The notes below the pieces were generated by a model that ran no database searches, was not told where the DNA came from, and saw only the letters and a program-made list of their open reading frames with translations. Both the position numbers and the translations under genes were made by a program. DNA of 64,000 nucleotides, from positions 114,841-178,840 of the forward strand of contig NIVC01001326.1 of NCBI GenBank assembly GCA_002269645.1. Direction: 5' to 3'. This DNA is from Macrostomum lignano. Taxonomy: Eukaryota. Below, one piece after another: positions 1 through 11,600 of this stretch (its first letter is position 1; each line of letters starts with the position of its first letter).

Positions 1-324
1 CTCAACAAATAAACCAGACACATGTACATGTCATGATGAAAATGGAGCTATCTGTGACTAGTGGCGTCTTTATATAAACTTACTCTGGCATTGAAACAGG
101 CTCTTGGGCCAGAGAGTTTAAATATTGTGCGCATTTGTTCCTTATTTTGCACAAAGTTTATCGGCAGTTAATTATTTTACGATTGATGTTACACACGGTT
201 ATATTGTACCATAGACGCTAATTATCATCAGAAAAGTTAATAGAAACTGAGATACTCTGCTAGCATTTTAAAACTTCTGACGCAAAAAAGGTACAGAGTA
301 AAGGCTGAAAATTCTATTCGAACT

Positions 325-3300
325 ATGCACTACTTGACGTACTTTCTGATGCTGCACTTGTTGGTAAGACTTTTTTTACTGTTATTGCTGATGGCCTTTT
401 AAACTAGGTAAAAATAATCTTCAATCAGATGTATGTACTGTACAAGCGAAGCTTCGATAAGCCACCAAGCCCCACCCCAAATCAGATGTACACTCAAGCC
501 CTCCTCACTCCGATAAACCGCCAGGTAGGGGTCACAATCCCGGGATTTAGGGCTTTTTCCGGGATCCCCGGATCCTGGGATTCACAGTGTCGGGATTCAA
601 TCCCGGAAAGTAAATGCTATTGTTGTACCTGTGGTTGTCCTGCTGTACAGCGCAGTGACTTGGGCTTCGTCCTCTCACTTAGAAGCCTTCTTAACTTTAG
701 TAGCGTAGGTAGTGCTGCCACCAGTTCCTTCAGGTCTCGGCCTTCGGTGAGGTGAGCTTCCCGTCGGAACGAAATAATGAAGTCAACGAACACAGCACGA
801 CGTGCAGATTTGCAGCTCAACGTATAAGGCGTCTCGTCAGCAGTACCTGCCGGGCTAGGATGGTAGAGGGAGGGCTGAGTTAGCCTCTCGTAGACTTGGG
901 TTGACTTGGTCGGGTTTCAGTCGGAGCAATAGGAATAGAGTCAATATGCGCAGAGGCTCGGACACTCGGGGATTTGGTCACACGCAGACGCGGAACTCGA
1001 GGTTGAACAGAAAGAAGACTCCTTGACGGAAACAAGGGGGAGAGAGCTCCTATTTATAGCCGGGAAACACCCACGCAGAAGACCTCGTGACTTGTTCTAT
1101 TTTTAGAACTGACGTCACTCGAGAGTCTTGGGCAGGGTACAAGCGTGCGGAAGACCTCGTGACTTGTTCTATTTTTAGAACTGACGTCACTTGAGGTCCC
1201 CGGCCAGAGTACACGCGGCTGTGACTCAGTTGCTATTTTTAGCAACATGAGTCACTCCTCTCCTTAGAGAAGGGAGGGGTCCGAAAGCACGTGACTCACC
1301 CGGTAAACAGGGCCAACGAGTGCAGTAAACATGTTTACTGCACTTTAAGACTCAAAGAACGCAAGAACTGTCATGTGACTTGCTCACAAGACAGGGAAAA
1401 AGGGACGGGAGCGAAACAGAGACAGCCCACAGCCGAGAGGCTGGGGGCTGAGAACAGAGACGCAGAAGGCCAGAACAGGCCACGGGCAGCAGCAGACAAA
1501 CGAAAGGGAGGGGCGGGAAGCTGACCAGCGGCAGACAGCAACCCAGGGCGGAGGCGAGGGAACAGCTGACAAGGGCGACGCCTAACCATAAACTAGCGGC
1601 TCACTACACTATGTTTTTATAATGTCTGATATAATAGCAATTAGCAAGACATAAGTCTTTTATGGCAGTTAGGTAAAATATGGAACATCCTGCTTCCATG
1701 TCCACTCTCCGTTGCCCACTTTGTAAAATCTTTGATGTTGTTTTGAGTTCAGTCTTGTTTAAATAATTTAACGTTTTTTTTTTTTCAACTTTGAACTCAT
1801 TGTGCATGTCGTGACAACCTGACAACGTGAATGCCCACTGCCCAGACAGTAGTAGGTTGTGATTGTTAATGTAATATATACATTCATATTGCTTTGCACA
1901 GTGATACATGTATATATTACATAATCTAATACATGTTATACATAATATATATGCATATTAAAATATTGATATTACGAGTAATAATATACTACTATAATAT
2001 TTAATATACTACGAGTATGATAACGTCATTGTTATAATGTTGTATATTACATTACCAGCCTAGCATAACCCTTTAGCTCCTACCATAACTGTTAGCGTTA
2101 TAAAAATGTCATTCGCAGCATTTTTATAACATTATAACAATGTTATAACAAGGATGGTACTGAAAAATATCAATCCTGGGATAATCCCGGGATCCCGGGA
2201 TTTGACATTTCCTAATCCCGGGATCCCGGGATTGACAGAATACGGGATTTTTCTACCCCTACCGCCAGGCGCCAAGCCCTACCCTAAAATCAGATGTACA
2301 CACGGTCCACAACAGTCCAACCCGCCAATCTCCCCAACACTTGAACAGTGGGGCCAGGGCCAGACGTTGAGGCACAAGCGAGTGTACCGGTCTGTGGGCA
2401 GTCACAGTCTTGGCTACTGCGTCCAGATGGTGACTGGCTGCAGCCGACAGCCAATCGGCTGCCAGAGCCGCATCGGCGGCAATTTCGGTCAACTTCGATG
2501 GTGGCTTGACGAAGCCGACCAGTTGAACAGCGCGGGGGACGCCGCTACTGGCGCCGGCAGGCACTTGGTAGCGGTCGTCAATGACTCGGAGTTCCAGCGT
2601 CAGTGGCGGAGAAACTTCGCCGATTGGGGCAGCGTGAGCGGCGCCATCGTGTTGATGCAGTCGGAAGCTGAGGCTGAGGCTGGCAATCAGACAGCTGCCG
2701 CTGTGCGGTGGAACGGCGGCTGGAACCTGCCCGACGAACTGCAGGTCGTAGCGGCCCAGGTGCCAATCCCGTTCCCGGCCGTGCTAATTACGGTAGGTGT
2801 GGAGATTAGTATCTTATTACATTCTGGACTTCCGGGTAACGAATGGCGCTGAATGGCTTTTCGCCATAGACAAATCTGCGCTATAAAAATGCACTACAGA
2901 GACAGGAACAGCTGAGACACACAACCACGTTCATCCCCACCCCTCGCTCCTTCTGCCGTCCCGCTCAGGCGGACACCCTCGAGGCCGCCGCAGGTCAGTC
3001 GTTGCCGAGCCTTCGCCGACTGGCCCGTCTACATGCTGGGCTGCACTTTGGCTACTCGGGCCTCACCAACAGCCGTCGGTGCCGCAGGCGCCAGCAGGCC
3101 AGGCTCACAGCCGCCCTGGGCCGCTACCTTACCGGCGAGCTCCAGCCCGGAGCCAATCTGCTGTGCGACTCCCTCGCCGAGGAGTCCTTGGCCTGGACGG
3201 CGGCCGAGCTGCCCAGGGCTGTCAGCCGCCGGAATCGCAGCGTCCTGCTAGTTGTCGCCAGGCTGGACCAGTTCAGTGTCTTCGCCAACTGGCAAGTCGG

Positions 3301-3965
3301 CGGCGAGCAGCTGCACAACAGCCTGGCTGTGGCTGCGTCTCTGGCCGGGGCTCTGGCCGCCTGGGTGAGTTGTCTTAGTGTCCCAGTGTCCCAGTGTCCC
3401 AGTGTCCCAGCGTCCCAGTGTCCCATTGTCCCATTGTCCCATTGTCCCATTGTCCCAGTGTCCCATTGTCCCAGTGTCCCATTGTCCCATTGTCCCATTG
3501 TCCCAGTGTCCCATTGTCCCATTGTCCCAGTGTCCCATTGTCCCAGTGTCCCAGTATCCCAGTGTCCCATTGTCCCAGTGTCCCATTGTCCCAGTGTCCC
3601 AGTGTCCCAGTGTCCCAGTGTCCCAGTGTCCCAGTGTCCCAGTGTCCCAGTGTCCCAGTGTCCCAGTGTCTCAGTGTCCCAGCGTCTCAGTGTCTCAGTG
3701 TCCCAGTGTCCCATTGTCCCAGTATCCCAGCGTCTCAGTGTCCCAGTGTCCCAGTGTCTCAGTACCCAGTGTCCCAGTGTCTCAGTGTCTCAGTGTCCCA
3801 GTGTCCCAGTGTCCCAGTGTCCCAGTGTCCCAGTGTCCCAGTGTCCCAGTGTCTCAGTGTCCCAGTGTCCCAGCATCTCAGCGTCTCAGTTTCTCAGTGT
3901 CCCAGTGTCCCAGTGTCCCAGTGTCCCAGTGTCCCAGTGTCCCAGTGTCCCAGTGTCCCAGTGCA

Positions 3966-4008
<43 letters not shown>

Positions 4009-5433
4009 AGCCCCTGCCGCCGTCAATCCCGCAGCCGGAGGTCACGGCACCGCGCCAGTCAGCCTGGGCCGGTCGTGACGTGGCCCTGCTGCTGCTGACT
4101 GGTGAGAGCTACGGCCACCTGGCCAGCCGGCACCTGGCAGACCAGTTGCTAGGCAACGGGCTGCTAGGCGGCCGCGGCGAGCCGGCAGCCGTGAAGGCGG
4201 ATCACGTGCACAGCATCGTGGAGCTGGGACCGCTGAGTCAGGCTGGTGGCAACCTGAGCAGCTTCAAAGACAACGAAAGTCCGCCCGCCTGGTCGGCTCT
4301 AAGCATCCTTCGCCCAGCAACAAAGCGACCCGGCTTGTTGCTAACCAGTTTCCATGGAAACCAGTCAGCAGCTTTTAAATCGTCGCTAATCGAAGCGTCT
4401 CAAACGCTGCTCAGAATGTCGGTCGGCTTCCTGCTCTCCGGCCAGGTCGGCTCTTCAAACATCTCCCAGCCCGCTGAGCTCAGCGCGGCCGCTGCTGCCC
4501 GACTGGCTGAGGCCGAGGACTGCCTGCGCCTGCGGGTCGGCCGGCGCTGCAGCGCCATCTTCGACGGCCCGGACCTCCAGCAGGGCCGGAAGGCGCTGGC
4601 CCGCAGTCTGCACCGCTGGCGCAGGGGTGTCGGCGTCGCGGCCAGTCTGGGCCCGGAAGGTCCGATCGCCAGTGCCGCCAACTCGGCGTTGAAGCAGTTG
4701 GGGCACGCCGTGGGGACGCGACTGCTGCTGAGCAGCCTGCTGCTGCGGTTCACCCTGCGGCCGCGGCGGCCGGGGCAGCCGGACGGATGTCCGAAAATTC
4801 CTAAGGACGATAGTGCGCCGGTCAGGGGCTACTGGGTGAGTGCATAGATTAGCAATCCATCTGTGTAGATAGACTAGCAATCCATCTAAGTAGATAGACT
4901 AGCAATCCATCTAAGTAGATAGACTAGCAATCCATCTAAGTAGATAGACTAGCAATCCATCTAAGTAGATAGACTAGCAATCCATCTAAGTAGATAGACT
5001 AGCAATCCATCCAGAGGCAGACTAGCAATCCACCCAGAGGCAGACTGGCAATCCACCCAGAGGCAGACTGGCAATCCACCCAGAGGCAGACTGGCAATCC
5101 ACCCAGAGGCAGACTGGCTTTATTACCCCTTTCCAACAGGTGCTGCTAAACGGCAGCCGGCACTGCCAGTTCAGCTCTCTGGCCAGTTTCTGGCTGGGCC
5201 CGGACAATCCGGACAATGAGTCATTGCCGGACTGGTCAATGTCCGTGACGGACAGTCAGCCCAAGCTAGTTCTGTTTGTGACCGCCTCGGCCAGGGTTCA
5301 GTGGCTCACGGCTGCCTTTGGCTTCGTGCTGGGCCTGCTGTGGACTCACCTGACCGCCGCGGCGGCTCTGCACTGGCAAGAAATGCAACAAAAAGAATCG
5401 CCGAGCCAAGAGGCCGCTCAGCTGAAGAAGTGA
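325..5433 (+). CDS. NCSTN: Nicastrin-like protein (gamma-secretase subunit family), 5 exons, ~665 aa
   Basis: Exons 325-363, 2349-2792, 2969-3364, 4011-4835, 5140-5433; all introns GT-AG, phase 0. The join gives signal peptide MHYLTYFLMLHLLWGQGQ, then KRVY..CVQMVTGCSRQPIGCQSRIGGNFG (nicastrin RKIY..[22 protein letters not shown]), VVARLDQFSVF (AATRLDSRSFF), LLLTGESYGHLASRHL (FFQGETFDYIGSSRM), and a C-terminal TM helix after LVLFVTAS. The exon 2 acceptor could alternatively be at 2313. Confidence 0.85.
621..1608 (-). mobile_element. Solo LTR (988 bp), probably Ty3/Gypsy-type, nested in the hAT element
   Basis: TGT...ACA termini; 4-bp TSD CTAT at 617-620 and 1609-1612; TATAAATA on the minus strand at 1051-1058; GC-rich relative to the AT-rich host element; no internal gag/pol. 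Confidence 0.8.
1051..1298 (-). promoter_or_regulatory. LTR U3 promoter/enhancer: TATA box, duplicated CRE-containing block, three AP-1 sites
   Basis: TATAAATA at 1051-1058 (-); 42-bp direct repeat at 1078-1119 and 1150-1191, each with TGACGTCA; TGA(C/G)TCA at 1222, 1248 and 1292. Confidence 0.55.
3375..4007. repeat. 8-bp tandem array (TGTCCCAG)n followed by (CTGT)n, nicastrin intron 3
   Basis: Direct reading; TGTCCCAT and TGTCTCAG variants; microsatellite at 3965-4007 abuts the acceptor at 4010. Confidence 0.95.
4845..5118. repeat. 25-bp then 23-bp minisatellite, nicastrin intron 4
   Basis: TAGATAGACTAGCAATCCATCTAAG (period 25) grading into CAGACTGGCAATCCACCCAGAGG (period 23). Confidence 0.9.
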
Positions 5434-5569
5434 TTTACACTAAAGTTTACGATGTATTGCTTCGATTTCAACTAATAACAATGACTTATTACTATTGATT
5501 AGCAATACGCACATAGCAATACACCGTAAATATAGATTAGCAATTCACTATGGAGATACTCGTAGGATT

Positions 5570-6285
5570 AGCAATCCGCTATAGGAATAGATTAGCAATC
5601 CACAACAGGAATAGATTAGCAGTCCACTATAGGAATAGATTAGCAATCCACTATAGGAATAGATTAGCAATCCACTATAGAAATAGATTAGCAATCCACT
5701 ATAGGGAATAGATTAGCAGTCCACTATAGGAATAGATTAGCAATCCACTATAGAAATAGATTAGCAATCCACTATAGGAATAGATTAGCAATCCACTATA
5801 GGGAATAGATTAGCAATCCACTATAGGGAATAGATTAGCAGTCCACTATAGGAATAGATTAGCAATCCACTATAGGAATAGATTAGCAATCCACTATAGA
5901 AATAGATTAGCAATCCACTATAGGGAATAGATTAGCAGTCCACTATAGAAATAGATTAGCAATCCACTATAGGGAATAGATTAGCAGTCCACTATAGAAA
6001 TAGATTAGCAATCCACTATAGGGAATAGATTAGCAGTCCACTATAGGAATAGATTAGCAATCCACTATAGGAATAGATTAGCAATCCACTATAGGAATAG
6101 ATTAGCAATCCACTATAGGAATAGATTAGCAGTCCACTATAGGGAATAGATTAGCAATCCACTATAGGGAATAGATTAGCAATCCACTATAGGAATAGAT
6201 TAGCAACCCACTATAGGAATAGATTAGCAATCCACTATAGGAATAGATTAGCAATCCACTATAGGAATAGATTAGCAATCTATTC
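5570..6285. repeat. 24/25-bp minisatellite downstream of nicastrin
   Basis: GGAATAGATTAGCAATCCACTATA(G) units, ~29 copies. Confidence 0.95.
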
Positions 6286-6880
6286 CACGACCACGACCAC
6301 ACCACACCAATATCCACGACCACAGTGAATATAGATTAGCATTCCACCGGGGAGATGCTTATGGAGCTGGATCGGGTGTAAAAATAAAGCAAAGAAGAAG
6401 ACTGACTTAACCACCTAGACGAAGGCTCGATTTATTAAGTAACAGAATGTACTTTTAGCTTCGTACTATGGCTACTACTATTGTTTATTAACATTATTTA
6501 GTTGAGAATCTAGTACGGTAATGGAAACTGGTAATTGGCTAGCTGATATAATAATTATATAAATATGGTTTCAATTTAAACAAATAATGATCAAACGCTG
6601 TTTACGTTGCATTCGAAAATGAATTAGAGTCATTATACTTCGAGAAAATGCTAAATCCAGGATTACAGTAAAAATGCAGCTAGTTAGTCGGGCGCAAACC
6701 ATGTCAGTCAGATGAGTACGAGTTGCCGTCAGCTTCTCCTGAAATATTGAGTAATAAATTATGACTTGGAAACATTTGAGTCATGTAAATATTTGGTAAA
6801 GTAGAAGTAGAAGTAGCCCTGACTCTATTCCACAGGCTGCCTTGGGGTTGGAAGAGGGGAAATCAATATAGCTTGAATGA

Positions 6881-7810
6881 AATATTCCTTTTTGCGGCCT
6901 AGTTGGTACTGCAAGCTTTCAGTTTAATCATAGATACGGAAATCAGGCTTGCGAGACTGAAAATTTTCTGTCTATGGTCAACACTCGCTCTGGCATAGCG
7001 GAGTTCAATTTAATCATGGGGCATCAATTTGATCATTCTATGCATTCAATGCACATTTTTACAGTTAGCGAAACCTGTTTTTAACTTGTTTTTACATCAT
7101 ATGATCTTCGGAGAGACTATGACGGCAGTTAGGTTCCAGACGTTCATCAATGATCTGGTGCAAAGCGTGACGAGTCGTGGTGATGTACCTGATGGCGAGG
7201 AGTCTGTGTGATCATGGATGGAGCCCGTTTTCATCATGGAGTGACAATCCCAGATCAATTTCAGCCCGTTTGGCGCCTGGTGACATTGCCTCCTTACTTG
7301 CCATTCCTCAATCCTGTGGAAAACGCGCACGCCTGCCTGAAGGCAGCCATCAAACGCCAGCTGGCTCAACCACAACTGCAAGAAGAGCTGGACACTCCGC
7401 CTGATGGTCATTCGCTACGAGAGTGGCGAATCCTTGTCCTACAGAGGGTTGCAGAGGACGCAACCCGTGAAGTGACCGTTGCCAAATGCGGAGGCTGGTA
7501 CCGGCAGATGCTGAGGTTTATTCCAGCCTGACTCGACTACATCCGACGCTAAAGCTTTTATTTGTTTATTGTGTTGTTCTGTTTTAGATTTTCTCAATGA
7601 TAAGTAAACGACTTGTGTTACAGCACTGGATATCTAACGTTATATGCATGATTAGAATGATCAAATTGATGCCCCCAGGATTAAATTGAACTCCGCTATG
7701 CCAGCGAGTGTCGACCATAGACAGAAAATTTTCAGTCTCGCAAGCCTGATTTCCGTATCTATGATTGAATTAAAAGCTTGCAGCACCAGCTAGGCCGCAA
7801 AAGGAATATT
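6881..7810 (+). mobile_element. Internally deleted Tc1/IS630-family DNA transposon with ~160-bp TIRs
   Basis: Inverted arms at 6881-7040 and 7653-7810, with TA at both outer ends. The interior encodes a C-terminal DDE fragment VIMDGARFHH...LPPYLPFLNPVE (7208-7531) with a frameshift near 7208. Confidence 0.85.
7029..7531 (+). pseudogene. Tc1/IS630-like transposase fragment (C-terminal part of the DDE domain)
   Basis: Two overlapping ORFs (7029-7211, 7208-7531); second catalytic D and E present; DNA-binding domain and first D absent. Confidence 0.8.
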
Positions 7811-7826
7811 AGTATGTACACCCATC

Positions 7827-8320
7827 GACAACCACCCTATGCCCTCTCTGCGCTTCCTTCCTCTCTAGAGTTAATTCTGACTGGCTGGGCGCAGAGCAGA
7901 CAAAAAGAAATTTAATGGACTGGGGGAGGGAAAGCAGTATAGCTTGAATGTACATTTATTGACAACCACCCCACGCCCTCTCTGCGCTTCCTTCCTCTCT
8001 AGAGTTAATTCTGACTGGCTGGGCGCAGAGCAGACAAAAAGAAATTTAATGGACTGGGGGAGGGAAAGCAGTATAGCTTGAATGTACATTTATTGACAAC
8101 CACCCCACGCCCTCTCTGCGCTCCCTTCCCCTCTAGGGTTATTTCTGACTGGTTGGGCGCAGAACAGACAAAATGAAATTTAATGGGCTGGGGGAGGGAA
8201 AATCGATATAGCTTGAATGTACATTTATTGACAACCATCCCACACCCTCTCTGCGCTTCCTTCCTCTAGAGTTGATTTTGATTGGCTCGGCGAAGTACAG
8301 ACAAAATGAAACTTAATCGC
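7827..8320. repeat. 134-bp tandem repeat, ~3.5 copies
   Basis: GACAACCA unit starts at 7827, 7961, 8095 and 8230; a partial unit lies left of the Tc1 element (~6850-6879). Confidence 0.9.
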
Positions 8321-8635
8321 GGACTCACTCCAAAGGGAGCTGCTTAGCTCTAAAGTAACGCATTTCCTGTGGTCGTCCTAAAATTGTGGAACATTTTAAT
8401 GAATAATTAATTTTGTTTGAAAAAAATACGTTTAAAAATATGTTTTAAATTCTACCCCTGGTTAGTGGATAGGGACAATATGGCAAATTTAATGCTAATC
8501 TACTTTAGCTACGAGCGTACATTAAGTTTAATTAACCTAAATAAATTTTATTGTCAATGCATGCAAAAGTATAAATTACGATAAATCAGAAGGTTTCTAT
8601 ATTAAACTACTAACAGTAAGCGAAATATCTATTAT

Positions 8636-11600
8636 TCACATAGACTGGAAAAATGATAAAAAAGTGACTAATTTTGCTAGCGAACTACTAATAGTACGAG
8701 TACTATAAAACTGCAAAGCATGGCAAAAAAGGTAAAATAAACAATAATGATATTGCTGGCGATATGCACTGACCGGGTTAGGGCTGAGGCGGAAGCGATC
8801 TCTTCTACCGGTACCCAAGCGGCTGCAGCGGCCTCTGCCGCACCTACCGTCTCTTTGGAACCTGCTGCCGCCGCCGCCACCGACGCTTAGCTGCACCGTC
8901 TCGGCGACAAACGGCGACAACGACATCGAGCCGCTGCCCCCATCGAGTATCGAAGCTGCCCGCTGTGGTGTCGGAGTCGACGACGGCGATAGATCGTCGG
9001 GATCGGACTCCGGGATCCGGGTGAGTCGAGGAGCTCGCTGACGCATCAGTCGGCGATGGCCGCCATCGCTTCCACCGCCGCGACTTCCAAAGCCGCCGCC
9101 GACGCTGCCGCCGACGCTGCTGCCGACGCCGCCGTTGGCGTTTCGACGACCGGCTCCGGCGATGCAGCGGCTCCACAGCAGGACGGCCACCGCCAGGGAG
9201 ACGGCCACCGCCGCGCAGGCCAGCATCGCCCACAGAGTTGTCATGCCGACGTCCAGCTTGTAGGAGGCGGCGGGGTCCGCTGCCGGATGGGGGAGAAAGA
9301 AGGGAGTTGAAGCTGGCGGGTGTGGCGGAATGAGGTGGGTGTCGGAGTGAGGTGGGTGTCGGACTGAGGTGGGTGTCGGACTGAGGTGGGTGTCGGACTG
9401 AGGTGGGTGTCGGACTGAGGTGGGTGTAGAAGTGAGGTTGCAGATGCAGAGCCCCCCAGGCCTTCCAGCTCACCGGAAAACAGCGCAGTGTCCAGGCTGA
9501 GCTCCGGGCAGGGCTTACTGCACTTTAGGCTGCCGCAGGCCACGGCTCTCAAATGAAGGAAAGCGACGCGACGCTCAGTCAGCAGGGCGGCCGCGTCCAC
9601 CGTCAGTTCAGTGAGGGGCGCCGACACGGGCGGCAGGCTCTGCCAGCGCCGGCTGTCTGAATGGAGAGTCAGGGCAGGGCCGGTGGGAGCTCGTCGTTTA
9701 CAGACTGAGAGAAAGTAAGTTTAACCGTACATCTGCCTCCACTGTCTCCCAAGTCACTCCACTGTCTCCCATGTCACTCCACTGTCTCCCATGTCTTCCA
9801 TGTCACTCCACTGTCTCCCATGTCACTCCACTGTCTCCCATGTCAGTGGAGTGGAGTGAAGTGGAGTGGAGTGAAGTGGAGTGGAGTGGAGTAGAATGTC
9901 ACTCCACTGTCTCTCATGTCACTCCACTGTCTCCCATGTCACTCCACTGTCTTCCATGTCACTCCACTGTCTTCCATGTCACTCCACTGTCTCTCATGTC
10001 ACTCCACTGTCTCCCATGTCACTCCACTGTCTCCCATGTCAGTGGAGTGGAGTGAAGTGGAGTGGAGTGAAGTGGAGTGGAGTGAAGTGGAGTGGAGTGG
10101 AGTAGAATGTCACTCCACTGTCTCCCATGTCACTCCACTGTCTTCCATGTCACTCCACTGTCTTCCATGTCACTCCACTGTCTCCCATGTCACTCCACTG
10201 TCCCATATCACTCCACTGTCTTCCAAGTCACTCCACTGTCTCCCATGTCACTCCACTGTCTTCCAAGTCACTCCACTGTCTCCCATGTCACTCCACTGTC
10301 TTCCATGTCACTCCACTGTCTTCCATGTCACTCCACTGTCTTCCATGTCACTCCACTGTCTTCCATGTCACTCCACTGTCTTCCATGTCACTCCACTGTC
10401 TCCCATGTCACTCCACTGCCTTCCATGTCACTCCACTGTCTCCCATGTCACTCCACTGTCTTCCATGTCACTCCACTGTCTTCCATGTCACTCCACTGTC
10501 TCTCATGTTATTCCACCATCTCCCACTGTCTCTTATATCACTCCACTGTCTCTCTGTCACTCCATTGCCTCCCATGTCACTCCACTGCACCACTGTCACT
10601 CCAATGCCCCCACTGTCACTCCACTGCCTTCCCTGTCACTCCACTGTCTTCCATGTCACTCCACTGTCTCCCATGTCACTCCACTGTCTCCCATGTCACT
10701 CCACTGTCTCCCATGTCACTCCACTGTCTCCCATGTCACTCCACTGTCTCCCATGTCACTCCACTGTCTTCCATGTCACTCCACTGTCTTCCATGTCACT
10801 CCACTGTCTCCCATGTCACTCCACTGTCTCCCATGTCACTCCACTGTCTTCCATGTCACTCCACTGTCTTCCATGTCACTCCACTGTCTCCTATGTCACT
10901 CCACTGTCCCATATCACTCCACTGTCTTCCAAGTCACTCCACTGTCTCCCATGTCACTCCACTGTCTCCCATGTCACTCCACTGTCTTCCAAGTCACTCC
11001 ACTGTCTTCCATGTCACTCCACTGTCTTCCATGTCACTCCACTGTCTCCCTGTCACTCCACTGTCTTCCATGTCACTCCACTGTCTCCCATATCACTCCA
11101 CTGTCTTCCAAGTCACTCCACTGTCTCCCATGTCACTCCACTGTCTTCCATGTCACTCCACTGTCTCTCATGTCACTCCACTGTCTCTCATGTCAGTGGA
11201 GTGGAGTGAAGTGGAGTGGAGTGAAGTGGAGTGGAGTGGAGTAGAATGTCACTCCACTGTCTCCCATGTCACTCCACTGTCTCCCATGTCACTCCACTGT
11301 CTCCCATGTCACTCTACTGTCTCCCATGTCACTCCACTGTCTTCCATGTCACTCCACTGTCTCCCATGTCACTCCACTGTCTCCCATGTTACTCCACCAT
11401 CTCCCACTGTCTCTTATATCACTCCACTGTCTCTCTGTCACTTCATTGCCTCCCATGTCACTCCACTGCACCACTGTCACTCCAATGCCCCCACTGTCAC
11501 TCCACTGCCTTCCCTGTCACTCCACTGTCTTGCATGTCACTCCACTGTCTCCCTGTCAGTCCACTGTTTTTTTTTTTATTTATAAATAACCGGTCTTAAA

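Larger units (their letters stand above)
526..2261. mobile_element. Non-autonomous hAT-type DNA transposon in nicastrin intron 1
   Basis: Termini TAGGGGT...ACCCCTA; exact 8-bp TSD CCGCCAGG at 518-525 and 2262-2269; multiple subterminal CCCGGGAT motifs at both ends; no transposase ORF. Confidence 0.85.

Noticed and set aside
2259-2882. Long open minus-strand frame with plausible splice sites
   Set aside because: It is antisense to nicastrin exon 2, which has clear family motifs; open antisense frames are common in GC-rich exons.
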